Below, in pieces: positions 34,724-48,438 of a stretch of 64,000 nt of DNA. Made by a program: the position numbers and the translations under genes. Within the stretch, counting starts at the first letter, position 1. Every line of letters begins with the position of its first letter. Source of the stretch: Octopus vulgaris (taxonomy: Eukaryota); assembly GCA_951406725.2 (NCBI GenBank), contig OX597830.1, positions 62,372,001-62,436,000 of the forward strand, read 5' to 3'. Under the pieces are notes generated by a model. The model ran no database searches. It was not told where the DNA came from and saw only the letters and a program-made list of their open reading frames with translations.

Positions 34724-36712
34724 CTTCATATCTGTACATGTACACCCACATGTTAGTATATAGGCATAAATTATCTTTATACACCCACCTATTTGGAAAC
34801 ACAGTTATATATATATATACATACATACATACGTATAGAGAGGGGCATACATAATTTCTTACATACATATGTTCAAAAAGAGATAATAATTAAATGAAAA
34901 ATATTGAATATTTATGAGCCTGAGTATATATTTGTGTAGGTGTGTGTATTCATTTGTGTATGTATGAGTTCGTCTAAATGTTGGTATATCAGTGTGTGTG
35001 TGTGTGTATGTGTGATATGAGTTTGTGTATGTGTGGAGGCGTCTTTGACAGCTTCTAACACAAGGCTAAGAATGTCTTCTGGTAACAACAATTACAGGAA
35101 TTCTGAAACGAGGAATCCTAACAGACAACTGGTGATGTTTTGGGGGCGATAAACACTTCGTGTTCTTTCACATTGGCAAACATATTCACACTGCTGGGTT
35201 TTTTATGCACACACACACACACACACACACACACGTACACACACACACACAGAGCCCACATAAATCTTTTCAGGGCCATTAAAAACTGCTGGGAAGGAAA
35301 GCAAATCTTGTGACTCTTTTTTTAGAGACTTCTGAACTAGTGGCAGATAGTCCCTATGACCCTCTTTCAGGGCTTGTAAAAATTCTGGGTGGAAAGGCAA
35401 CCCCTAATAACCCTTTCTTAGTGCCTCTGAAACTAGCAACCCCTTTGACTCTTTCAAGATGGGTAGAAATTAGGGCAGCTCTTATGAGTCATTTCTGAGT
35501 CTTCTTAGGCTACTGGGTGGAAGGGCAATCTCTATGATCTTTTCAGGGCCTCAAACTCACAGGAGGGATAGCAGCCTTTATTACCCTTTTGAGACCCTTG
35601 GCAGTTGGGTGGAGTAAGGGCAGCCCCCATTACTCTTGTCAGAATTGTCACAACTGGTGGAAATAATAGCAAAGTATTGGGAGCAAGGGCAAATGTTACT
35701 CCCAGACCAGAGCCCTGGTCTAAAGATAATCCAATTGTTTGCAACACAGTAGATCCTACTAATGGTACCCCAAAACCTGGTGGTGATGTTCAATGGACAC
35801 ATTTAAGGTCAGAAAGGTCCCTCCCAATGAAATTCCACTTTGGTTCCATCTGCCGATATTAACTCCCTAAGCTCTGGTCCAGTACTTCCTAAAACTGACA
35901 AATACCAGCACCCCTCAAAATCAACCCCCTCTGCTTCCCCCCCTTTATTCATAGAAATCCTGCATCCATATTGTTCTTCTTTCTTCACCCTTAGTGTTGG
36001 ACAAGATAACAAATATGAAACCCTCTTCATTTTATTATTCGTGACAATTCGGGGGAGCTACCTGTGGATTGTACCACAGTGGCCCTTCCAGGAATAAGGG
36101 ACAGAGAAAATAGATGGATGGAAGGATTTGTCTGTCCGAACCCTCTTTTCAATCTTCATAGGTCCTCTCCATTGGAAATACTGCTCCTAGGCAACCCAAG
36201 GCTCTGGGGTTATTGGCACTGTTTTTCCTTCTACAGGACCTTGGGGGCCCTTGTTTAAGGTACTGCTAAGTGGGATTGAACCCAGAATCACATTATTAGG
36301 GAAAAAAAAATTATGGCAATCATCGGTTGCCTCTTGTGATCATTTGGTATAAGTCACAGGAATGTCACTTTTGATTTTATTTAACCCCACAATTGTGCCT
36401 CGCACCCAGTTGGGTAAGTGGGTGTCACAAGTGAAGTAACTGTAGATTATGATGATGATGATGATAGTGGTGTTGGTGAAACTGTGTTAGCGGTGGTGGT
36501 GGTGGTGGTGGTGGTGGTGGTGGTGGTGGTGGTGGTGGTGGTGGTGGTGGTGGTAGTGCTGCTACTACTGCTGCTGCTGATGGCAATAGTTGTATTGATA
36601 ATAATGGTCATGATTGATGTTGATTGTGGTGATGATGATGATGACTGTGATAGCAGTAACGATGATGTCGGTGGTGGTGGTGGTGGTGATATCGGTGATG
36701 ATGATGATGATC

Positions 36713-36749
<37 letters not shown>

Positions 36750-36988
36750 AAAGCTGAATTGGACATTTTGCTTCCATATTTAGCGATGGGTGGGGGTGGG
36801 GGGCGGGAGCAGAAGGAGGGATTTCCAGTTAACTCAATTAATTATTTTTCCAATAGACGGGCAATTAGTCAATCTTTTAATTGTGGTTTTATTTCTAGGG
36901 GGGGATGGTCGGTAGTAAGTGGTGGTGGTGGGAGGAGGAGGAGGAGCAAACTGAGGCTGTGAGAAACCCCCAACTGCTTCCTCCTCTC

Positions 36989-37029
<41 letters not shown>

Positions 37030-37110
37030 CGTTTCCTTCTCTTTTTCTCATTTATTTTACTCCTTTCTTCATTTATCTAAATTCTGCATGCATACATGTG
37101 TATGTGCATG

Positions 37111-37148
<38 letters not shown>

Positions 37149-37211
37149 GTGTGTGTGTACATGTGTCTTGTGTGTGTATGTGTATTTATGTATTGTTTGT
37201 GTGGGAGGACA

Positions 37212-37246
<35 letters not shown>

Positions 37247-37613
37247 ATAGTGCATTTGTGGCTGTGTAAAGATATCTGTTGTTCAGGTGTATATATTGAG
37301 CATGCGTGTATGTATTGTGTATATATGTGTATATTACATATGTATGGGTGTATCATGTATACATTCATGTGGGTGCATGTGTGTGTATATATATGTATGT
37401 GTATTATGTATTAGTTGATGTATACATACATACATATATATGTATATATACACACATACACAACACACACAATATATATAAATATTTATATATATATTGT
37501 GTGTTATGAATTTGCGTGTGTACATTTTATATGTATATATTATATATGTGTGAAGGTGTGTTGCGTCTGTATGTTTGTTTTGTGCGGGGGTGTTTTGTAT
37601 GTCTATGTATTGC

Positions 37614-37662
<49 letters not shown>

Positions 37663-38269
37663 TACTGTCTTCCATTCTATTAGTTGCATCCGTTCATCCA
37701 TTAATCCATGTACCTATCCAACCCTCATTCCACTTACCTTTCTACCTATTACCCTCCACCCCCCCATCTACTTACCTACCATCCTACCCACCTATCTGTC
37801 TATCTACCTATCTGTCGAACTGCCTACATATCCACATAACTTATCACCTACTCAACCACCTGCATACTTATTTACCCACCTGCCATTCTCTCTCCCCACC
37901 CACTCCCTATTTTTTCTACCTACCTACCTTACCTGCCTATGTCTCTACATATCTATGTAGCTGTCTTCCACTCTCACCCACATACCTACCCACCCACCTG
38001 CCATTCTATCTCCCCACATACCCCCTATTTTTTTTCTACCTGCCAAAGTCATTCTACATATCTATTTCCACTCTCTCACCTATATATCTACCCCCTACTT
38101 TTTTCCACCTACCTATCTTACCTGCCTATATCTCTGTATCTATCTACCACTCTCTCACCTATACACCCATCCATCCACCTGCCATCCTACCTTGTTTGTC
38201 TGTTCATCCATCTACCTGTCCATTGTAACATTAAAAAATATATTTTATAAGAAATTTCTTATAAACCTT

Positions 38270-38704
38270 TCTGTTATAAGATTAAGGCTTGAAATTTAGG
38301 AACAGTGGGTAAGGCAATTACATCGACCCCAGGGCTCAACTGGTACTTATTTTATTGACCCTGATAGGATGAAAAGTAAAGTCAATCTTGGCAGGGTTTG
38401 AACCCAGAACATGAAGATAGGTGAAATACTGCTAAGCATTTTATCCAATGTGCTAATGATTCTGCCAGCTCATTGCCTAAATTGCAATGATGATAATAAT
38501 TATTTCAAATTTTTGCCACAAGGGCAGCTTGGGATGAGTCAATTACATCGATTTCAGTGCATAACTGGTACTTATTTTATCAACCCCGAAAGGATGAAAG
38601 GCAAAATTAACCTCAGCGGAATTTGAACTCAGAACATAGTGACGGGCAAATACCTCTAAGCATTTCATCCAGCGTGCGAACGATGCTGCCAGCTTCACTA
38701 CCTA

Positions 38705-38744
<40 letters not shown>

Positions 38745-38905
38745 TCTATTTCTTTACTACCCACAAGGGGCTAAACACAGAGGGGACAAACAAGGACAGA
38801 CAAACGGATTAAGTCGATTACATCGACCCCAGTGCGTAACTGGTACTTAATTTATCGACCCCGAAAGGATGAAAGGCAAATTCGACGTCGACGGAATTTG
38901 AACCC
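38270..38905 (-). mobile_element. Three family B SINEs (two CpG-decayed B1, one 5'-truncated B2)
   Basis: Family motifs. Confidence 0.82.
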
Positions 38906-39183
38906 ATAATAATAATGATAATGATAATGATAATAATAATGATAATAATAATGATAATAATAACAATAATGATAATAATAATGATAATAATAATAATGAC
39001 AATAATGATAATAATGATAATAATAATGATAATAATAACAATAATGATAATAATAATGATAATAATAACAATAATGATAATAATAATGATAATAATAATA
39101 ATGACAATAATGATAATAATGATAATAACAATAATGATAATAATAATAATAATGATAATAATGATAATAATAATAATAACAAC

Positions 39184-39215
<32 letters not shown>

Positions 39216-39234
39216 TAATAATAATAATAATAAC

Positions 39235-39266
<32 letters not shown>

Positions 39267-39282
39267 CGATAATAATAATAAC

Positions 39283-39333
<51 letters not shown>

Positions 39334-39703
39334 AATAATGATAATAATAATGATAATAATAACAATAATGATAATAATAATGATAATAATAATAATGACA
39401 ATAATGATAATAATGATAATAATAATGATAATAATAACAATAATGATAATAATAATGATAATAATAACAATAATGATAATAATAATGATAATAATAATGA
39501 TAATAATAACAATAATGATAATAATGATAATAATAATGATAATAATAACAATAATGATAATAATAATGATAATAATAACAATAATGATAATAATAATGAT
39601 AATAATAATGATAATAATAATGATAATAATAACAATAATAATAATAATAATGATAATTATAATAATAATAATAATGAAGATAATAACAATAAGAATAATA
39701 ATA

Positions 39704-39734
<31 letters not shown>

Positions 39735-39745
39735 TAATAACAATA

Positions 39746-39776
<31 letters not shown>

Positions 39777-39812
39777 TAATAACGATAATAATAATAACAA
39801 TAGTGGTAATAA
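38906..39812. repeat. (AAT/GAT/AAC)n trinucleotide array with higher-order duplication
   Basis: The variant pattern beginning at ~38921 recurs at ~39320. Confidence 0.93.
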
Positions 39813-39888
39813 TGATTTCGTTGACTTTTAGAAATGCTATTGTAATATGATTATCAAATACACATTCCTATATTTGCTGTCTGGTCTC

Positions 39889-39925
<37 letters not shown>

Positions 39926-40573
39926 ATACACACACACATATGTATGTATATACACACACTCAAATGCACATGTATGTAATACTTTTGTGCTACATGTCTG
40001 TGTGTCAGTCAGCCTAGTTGTAATCGTGCGAGTGACTCTAGATTATTCACCCCAAAACGTGTGGATGCATACAAGTATGTGTGTGTAGACATGTATGTAT
40101 ACACGCATGTACGTATATGCATATGCGTGTATACATTAATTCAGACAATTCACAACCCAAAACACACACACACACACATACATACACAAACACACACACA
40201 CCTAAACACGCAAGCATTCACAGATATACACTCACATACTGTACAAACAAGCATACACAAATGTATATATATATATATACATACATACACTTAGACTGAA
40301 AAGCACCCACCCACACACCCACATATATATATATATATACACCCACACGCATATATATATATATACACCCACCCACACATATATATATACACCCACCCAC
40401 ACATATATATACATACCCACCCACATATATATATACACACACACATACACCCACACATCTACATCCACACACAGATACACCTACACACTGCAGCACACAC
40501 ACATATTACACCCACATATTGAAACACAACACACGCACATATATACACATACATCTGTACATCCACACGCTGC

Positions 40574-40633
<60 letters not shown>

Positions 40634-41759
40634 GAAACACGTGTCAGTGCACATGCTGATGCACACATGCACACATTTCTATCAAACTTTGCTTCCCCAA
40701 TGCTTGCCATTATTCCAAAGAAGTCGGCGCTATCACATGCAGCATTCTTTTGGTAACGGAAAACATTAAGACACATCAATTATATACAAAGATCAATATT
40801 TGATGCAAGAAAAAAAGAAAAGAAAAGAAAAGAAAGGGAAAAAAACGGTAGAATAAAGAAACAAAGAAAGAAAGAAAAAAAATAACGGAATTTCTTTCAA
40901 AAGATAATTCAATTTTCCACTTTTTCTTGCATTTTTTAATGCTTTTTTTTTGACAACAGCAAAAGCAACAATACAAACAACAACAATAACAAAAGCAACT
41001 ACACTAGCAGTAACAACAACAATCATAGCAACAGCAACAACAATAAGGAAAATGGCAAACAATTTCTTCCTTCTTTAAAAAAAATATTTTTTTCCAAATA
41101 TAAACACAAAATAAAATCGTTTGATACCCTGGTAGAAAAAAAATGAAAGAAAACTCAGATTTTTTTCCTTTTTAATTTCAGTTGAAGGGATCAGTTTTTT
41201 TTAAAGAAATATATCTTTTTAATATAATTTATTTCTCTTTTTCTATTTCTGCTTTTTTTTTTGTTTTTCTTTTTCATTTTTTCCTTTTCCAAGTTTCTAA
41301 ACTGGAAAATATTTGTCTTTAATTCTCGTTCCATTGAATGTCTTTCTTTTTCCTATAAATTATATTGGTTTATTTCTTAATAGCTTTTGGAAAATTTTAA
41401 TATAGGAATCTCATTACCATAACTACCCCCACCTCCTGCTCACCCCCCCCCCCCCATATGTTTTTCACCTCCTTTCTTTATTTCCTTCATAATAAATGTT
41501 TCTCTTTTTCTCACTCTCCTCCACTCAAACACACACACACACACACACATCAAACACACTAGTCTACCAAACATAAAATTCATCATAAATTCTTGTAGTT
41601 CTGTAAAAGAACTGTAGAATAAAACATAATGTTCCACTTGACCTATAAAATTTGGGGTTGGGTTTCAATTCCTGCTTGTTGTTTATTTCAGAATATGATT
41701 AATTATTTTGGTAGAATGCTTCAGAATAAATCCATTGAACCAAAAATACTGTAAAGAAT

Positions 41760-42000
41760 TTAACCCTTTTGATGCCAACCCACCCAAGGCCACCATAGTT
41801 GGTTCCATAATACAAACTTCCTGTTTGAAAGTAATCTCAATTAAAACCCTTCATCAAAATTTTGTGTTAATTTATGTTCCAAATGGCAGATTAATAATGG
41901 CAAAGTTATTTTACTAAATTCTTCATTATTTTCGACTTTAATTGAAACAAAGGCAGCAAATTGCATCAGAAATACGGTAATAAAATGGTAACAGTTGTTA
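41760..42000. mobile_element. piggyBac-like MITE
   Basis: Begins TTAACCCTTTTGAT and ends GGTAACAGTTGTTAA; reverse-complement homolog of 2615-2825 and 60233-60478. Confidence 0.6.
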
Positions 42001-42056
42001 ATTATAAGAATTATAAGGTATATTTGTGGTTGTGTGTTTGTACATATATATATATA

Positions 42057-42452
42057 GGTGCAGGAGTGGCTGTGTGGTAAGTAGCTTGCTAACCAACCAC
42101 ATGGTTCCGGGTTCAGTCCCACTGTGTGGCATCTTGGGCAAGTGTCTTCTGCTATAGCCCCGGGCCGACCAATGCCTTGTGAGAGGATTTGGTAGACAGA
42201 AACTGAAAGAAGCCTGTCGTGTATATGTATATATGTGTGTTTGTGTGTCTGTGTTTGTCCCCCTAGCATTGCTTGACAACCGATGCTGGTGTATTTATGT
42301 CCCAGTAACTTAGCGGTTCGGCAAAAGAGAGCGATAGAATAAGTACTGGGCTTACAAAGAATAAGTCCCGGGGTCGATTTGCTCGACTAAAGGCGGTGCC
42401 CCAGCATGGCCGCAGTCAAATGACTGAAACAAGTAAAAGAGTAAAGAGAGAG
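42057..42452 (+). mobile_element. SINE family A, near-consensus
   Basis: Full length, tail GTAAAAGAGTAAAGAG. Confidence 0.92.
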
Positions 42453-42622
42453 TATATATGTATCATGTTTTTTTTTTTAATCTTTAGCAGAAGTAACAGA
42501 GTGACTCATGGTTCAAGTTTTATTCAGACATGAAACTCTTAGACTTTGAATCACTGTTACTATTAATAGAAATATATATATATACTAATATTTTGAGATT
42601 TATTTTTCCTGTTTGCATCTAC

Positions 42623-42672
<50 letters not shown>

Positions 42673-42714
42673 TTTTCAACATGTGATCTCTTAAGCACCA
42701 CCAGCTCAAATATT

Positions 42715-42886
42715 GTCTCCTCTATCTTCCCTTCTCCTTGTTTCCGACGAAGAGCTCCGCTCGAAACGTTAAACCCTCCTTCCCTTCTTTCCTGAGCGTC
42801 AATAATACTTTAATTGTTCCACGTCCCGCGTTGCTGTGTTTTTTTCTCTCTTTTTTCTCTTTTTTTCTGTGTTTTCTTGTTTGGAT

Positions 42887-42892
<6 letters not shown>
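42715..42892 (+). mobile_element. Family F element with hammerhead-like motif
   Basis: 42740-42774 GTTT-CCGACGA-A-GAGC-TCC-GCTC-GAAA-CGT-T-AAAC; ends TGGATTAAC followed by (TA)n. Confidence 0.7.
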
Positions 42893-42934
<42 letters not shown>

Positions 42935-43202
42935 GAATCAAAATAAGGGTGAAAAAATTGGATATTAAATTAATAACATCAATTTAACACCAGTGGTTTA
43001 GCGCATAAAAAACTGAGATTCAGTAAATATTAATACATCACAAATACTGTTTATCAAGTCAAGTTCATGCCTGATGGATTGACAGGATCCTTAGAGGATG
43101 GGACAAAATGCCTTGTGGTAGTTATTTGTCACAGCTCTTTATATTCTGAGTTCAATCCTGCTTTAATTGACTTCACCTTTCATCAGAAGTATAGAAAGGT
43201 GG

Positions 43203-43618
43203 CAGCGAGCTGGCAGAAACATTAGCACGCCGGGTGAAATGCTTAGCGGTATTTTGTCTGCCGTTACGTTCTGAGTTCAAATTCCACCAAGGTCAACTTT
43301 GCCTTTCATCCTTTCGGGGTCGATAAATTAAGTACCAGTTACGCACTGGGGTCGATATAATCGATTTAATACCTATGTCTTTCCTTGTTTGTCCTCTCTG
43401 TGTTTAGCCCCTTGTGGGTAATAAAGAAATAGGTATTTCATCTGCTGCTACATTCTGAGTTCAAATTCCACCAAGGTCAACTTTGCCTTTCATCCTTTCG
43501 GGGTTGATTAAATAAGTACCAGTTACACACTGGGGGTTGATATAATCGACTTAATCCGTTTGTCAGTCCTTATTTGTCCCCTCTGTGTGTAGCCCCTTGT
43601 GGGCAGTAAAGAAATAAG
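43203..43618 (+). mobile_element. Tandem dimer of SINE B2
   Basis: Junction AAAGAAATAGGTATTTCATCTG at ~43430. Confidence 0.88.
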
Positions 43619-44369
43619 AAAGAAGGGTGACGGAACGCAGAAGGGCGAACGTGATCTATCCATCCATCAAACCACTTAATCTGAACCCCCTCTCCCCCCA
43701 AAATAAAGATAGCTAGACAGTATTATTATAATAAGCATTCATACACAACACAGATTTTGCGACAATCCTTCAAAGGCCTTCAAATCAAAACTAAATATCC
43801 GGTTTCTTCCTTTCATATCACCTCTCATTTATCTCTTACGTGTTGAGACTCCATGTTGCCAGTTATAATCCGTTGGTCAACAGAAACCTAAGGGATGAAA
43901 GTTATGTCAATCAACTGAAGCACTAATATGGGTGTGATGCTTAAATCCTCCTTTTTTTTTTCCAGTAAATAAATATTTACTGCTTTATGTGATCAGACTA
44001 GGATGTTCTTTGTTGTGCTCCTTCACAGAATTTCCCGATTACCATTACCTTAATCAGTATGAGCTCTCCTTATGTCATCTATCCATAGGATTAAACCTTT
44101 AATCTTTTACTCTTTCACTGGTTTTGGTTCGTTAGACCATGACCCTGCTGGGGCATGGCTATGAAGGATTTAGTTTATCAAAGTGACCCTAGTATTGGAA
44201 TTTGTTTTTTCTCAGTTTGATATTTATTCTGTCATTCCCTTTTTGCTGATCTTTTAACTTGTCTATGGGGACACAAACAAACCAACACTAGTTATCAAGC
44301 CAAGAAGGACAAACAATGTCAAACTCACAGCTTCATACACATTTGCAGAAACAATCACATATACACACA

Positions 44370-44404
<35 letters not shown>

Positions 44405-44431
44405 ATATATATATATATATATATATCCATC

Positions 44432-44637
44432 CAGTAATCCCTCGACTATCGTGGGTGTTACATTCCAAGATCCCCTGTGTGGTGAAAATCTGCAAAGTAG
44501 AAACAGTGCTGTACTGTATATATATTTTTTCTTTTTAATATTTTGCATATATTTATTTTATTATAAATGTAAAACAACACCATGGAAGAGTCTACGTAAG
44601 CTTAAATAATAAACTGCAATATGGCGACGGATTACTG
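44432..44637. mobile_element. Tigger/pogo-like MITE
   Basis: TIR CAGTAATCCCTCG ... CGACGGATTACTG followed by TA. Confidence 0.65.
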
Positions 44638-44684
44638 TATGTATATATGTATATGTATGTATGTGTGTGTGTATGTGCATATAT

Positions 44685-44875
44685 CGTGAGAATTTACAAA
44701 AAAACAAAAGTTGAAGATGGGTGTATAAACAACAAACAGATGTGTTAGTTTAACACTTGGGAAGTGGTGAGAAAGTATTTTACGTTTCGAGCCTATGCTC
44801 TTCGACAGAAAGGAACACAGAAATAAGGGAGAGAAAACAGAAAAAGGTTTTGTGGCTAGCGATCTGTCATGGTGA
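44685..44875 (-). mobile_element. Family E variant with hammerhead-like motif
   Basis: TTTTACGTTTCGAGCCTATGCTCTTCGACAGAAAG on the plus strand. Confidence 0.65.
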
Positions 44876-44876
44876 A

Positions 44877-44917
<41 letters not shown>

Positions 44918-45226
44918 GCACACACACATACATGGAAGGTTTCTGCACGGTTTCCATCGACTAAATTCATTCATATGGCATTGGTCAAAAATTACTGTCG
45001 AGTGGGATTCAACCTGACACCGTGGGGTTTGGAAGCAAACTTCTTAACCATGCAGCCATCTGTGTTTAAAAAACACAGAACCACATCTCTTTCTCTCTCT
45101 CAATACAGTGATATATATATATATACACACACACATACTTACGTATGTACAATACATACGTGTGTGTATATATATATATATCATCATCATTTAATGTCCA
45201 CCTTCCATGCTAGCATGGGTGGAACA

Positions 45227-45271
<45 letters not shown>

Positions 45272-45700
45272 TATGTGTATATATATTTGTGAGTGTATGT
45301 ATAAGTGTGTATATATATACACACACACTCACATGCATATAGGTATTCTCTCTGACACTGCTCTACTGCATGTAACTTTCTCCACCAGTTAAATTCCACT
45401 GATGTTCTTGATGTTCCCTCATCAATGGTTTTCAGAAGCACGCAATGAATTGATTTTGCAATGATCTGGACCATTGATATGTAAATTCTCATTGAATTCT
45501 ATCAATTTATCATATTGATATGTTAATTTTCAACCTATATCTATTGAAAAGCACTTCTTTTCTATATATATATATATATATATATATATCATCTAGCTGC
45601 TGTGTGAACTTTCAAATGGAAATATAAATTCTATCTTGTAGTATTACTATAAATATACATGCCTACATATGTACATGAGTTTGTATGTGTTTGTAAATAA

Positions 45701-45736
<36 letters not shown>

Positions 45737-45990
45737 ATAATATAAATAATATATAAATATATGCATATATACATACATGTACATACCTACGTATATATGT
45801 ATATATAGATGCGTATATGGTACAGGACATCAAAAAAACGTCTTCAAAATGAGAAACGAGAACATAAAAAACAAAATCATAGAAAACGAACTTTTTTTCA
45901 AACAACAAAAGAAACAAATAGGCAACAAGACAGGCAACATAAAGGACGATCCCTTCATCAGTTGCCCCCTGTTTTATCTACTCCATATTT

Positions 45991-46031
<41 letters not shown>

Positions 46032-46093
46032 ATGTATACGCACACACATATATATGCTTGTGTATGTGAAAGCATGTGATAAAAGTGTTGGAT

Positions 46094-46235
46094 TCGTGGC
46101 TCAGTGGTTAAGATGTTTGGTTTACAATCATAAAATAGGGAGTTCAATTCCTGGACTTAGTGGTATATTGTGTCCTTGAGCAAGGCACTTCACTTCATGT
46201 TGCCTCAGTCTGTTTAACTGAAATGAGTACTGACT
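46094..46235 (+). mobile_element. Diverged tRNA/CORE-like SINE head
   Basis: GTGGCTCAGTGGTTAAG (A box), GAGTTCAATTCC (B box), GTGTCCTTGAGCAAGGCACTT (CORE-like). Confidence 0.65.
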
Positions 46236-46781
46236 GGTATTGCTTCCCCCCCCCCCCCCATCCAGCTCTCTTTCTCTCTCTCTCTCTCTTACTTCCTTCA
46301 GCTATTACATACTCCATGTTCTGCCAGGTCCAGGGTAGGCAGGCCAATGTGGAGTGTCTGTGTCTGTTCACCACTACATAGATGCTTAAAACAATTGGCG
46401 AAACCTTTGTACTTCCTGTCACTTGTACTTCTTAACCACTTGCAAGTGACAGCTGTGTTTGTTTAATGCAAGTGTGTATGTATTTGTGTATTTCTGTATG
46501 TGTGTACATATGTGTGTGTATATACATGTGTGTTTAAGTACATATATGTGTATATTGTGAGACCCACTGTTGTTTCTGTTGACCACTACTCTCTTTCTCC
46601 CCCTCCCTCCCCGTCTCTTTCTATGCTTTCTTTGAGCTCCTTGAATCAAAAAACCTTCCAGGGGCTTTTGCTGCCACAAGTGTAGCAGGGTCTTCTGCCT
46701 TGCACCATCAGTCCTCTTACCTTTGATTTCGACCCTACAATTGGGTACATTTATGGAAAAGCCCCAGAAACATCAGGAATT

Positions 46782-47183
46782 TGGCTGTGTGGTAAGTAGC
46801 TTGCTAACGGACCACATGGTTCTAGGTTCAGTCCCACTGCATGGCACCTTGGATAAGTGTCTTCTACAATAGTTTCGGGCAGACCAAAGCTTTGTGAGTT
46901 GATTTGCTAGACGGAAACTGAAAGAAGCCCATCATATATGTGTGTGTGTGTATGTATGTATGTGTGTGTATATGTTTGTGTGTCTGTTTATCCCCCCCCC
47001 CCCAGTATTGCTTGACAACCGATGCTGGTGTGTTTACGTCCCCGTAACTTAGCGGTTCGGCAAAAGAGACCGATAGATTAAGTACTAGGCATACAAAGAA
47101 TAAGTCCTGGGGTCGATTTGGTCGACTAAAGGCAGTGCTCCAGCATGGCCACAGTCAAATGACTGAAACAAGTAAAAGAGTAA
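46782..47183 (+). mobile_element. SINE family A
   Basis: Full body and tail, with some CpG decay. Confidence 0.9.
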
Positions 47184-48438
47184 ATTGCAAGTCCATGCTC
47201 ACTTCCCTGACTATATTATTATCATTTCTTATTACCTGTACACTTATCACCTGTGTTGCATTACAAAGGCCATCAACAAGCCAAAAATCGGTACCATTTA
47301 CTATACTCGTGGCTGGTATCCTAGCATTGCACTGCTCCCATGTAATGAGACACAAAGTCTCTGCTTCTCTCTGAACCTGGCCCTTGGTCCCGAAAGTCAG
47401 AGGCATTGCCATAAGCTTCATCCTTCTTAATGTATGAGATACTAAGCCAGATGTCTGCAAGAGCCTCTCTGGACCTTTTGTTTGTTGGTTGGTTTTTTGT
47501 TTTGTTGAGGGTTCAGAAAAACCAACACCTTTCTTTTATCTGACAAAGATAAATTAGTTTTCTTTTAACCTGTTTCTAAATGAAGTTTACTGAAACCACT
47601 TAAAGCTGTCCGTGTCTGAGAAATAAATGCATGACTGCAGAGTAATTTTGTTTGAATTTTTATTTTTGCTTTGTATTCTCTTGAATCTTTGTTCTTTTTT
47701 TTCTTTCTTTATAAGTTTGTTTTTATGGCAGGTGGGGCATCACCCAGTTCAGTTGACACTTATTATAAATTAGGTCGAACCAAACCAAAACTATAAAACA
47801 TACTGAAACATTCAAATAAAGCTGGTTCTTTTAACGTGCTAAACAATTTAATAAAATGTACTTGGCTTGGAAAAATATTTATGCACGTAAAATTGTAAAT
47901 CTAATGTATTGTGAAATATTAATCAACTTACTGGAATGAGGTGTGAAACGTCCAAAAGGCTATAAAATGTTTAACAGAATTTTTAGTTTAGTTTTGTTTT
48001 TCAAAATGGAGTGAGAATTAATTACTTTAATTAAATGATAAAAATAATAAAAACACTACTTTTGCAAACAGACATTAGGCATGTAACAAATATTTTAATT
48101 ATGAATATTCTGAGGAAAAAAATAAATGAAGTTAAACACTAGCCAACAGCTAAAGCATAATGATAAAAATAATAATAAAAATCCTTTTGATTTCGTTGAG
48201 TTTGAACTCAGAACGTAAAGAAACAGAAGTGTGTGGGGGTGGGAGACATTTTTCTGATGCTCTAACGATTCTGCCAACAGTTTTAAGGGAGATGGTTAGT
48301 AAATTACATGAATTCCAGAATTTGACTGGTGCTTTATATTTAATCAACCCCGGAGGTATGAAAGACAAAGTCTAATCTTGGTAGGATTTGAACTCAGAAC
48401 ATACAGAAAGGTTTTTTTTTCTGGCGCTCTAACAATTC

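Noticed and set aside
35050-35150. Short ATG ORF MSSGNNNYRNSETRNPNRQLVMFWGR after an AG
   Set aside because: Poor pyrimidine tract, weak donor, no homology recognised.
38847-39850. 311-aa poly-Ile/Met and 262-aa poly-Leu ORFs
   Set aside because: Translation of an (AAT/GAT)n array.
44005-44102. Possible plus-strand exon (…TTCACAG/AATTTCCCGATTACCATTACCTTAATCA; EFPDYHYLNQ, superficially myosin-like)
   Set aside because: Only a weak donor, very short match, frame closes soon after; no corroborating exons.
45815-45995. Minus-strand CTGATGAAGGG with an upstream GAAA as a permuted hammerhead
   Set aside because: Probably another TA-flanked repeat, but stems I and III cannot be paired in this copy.
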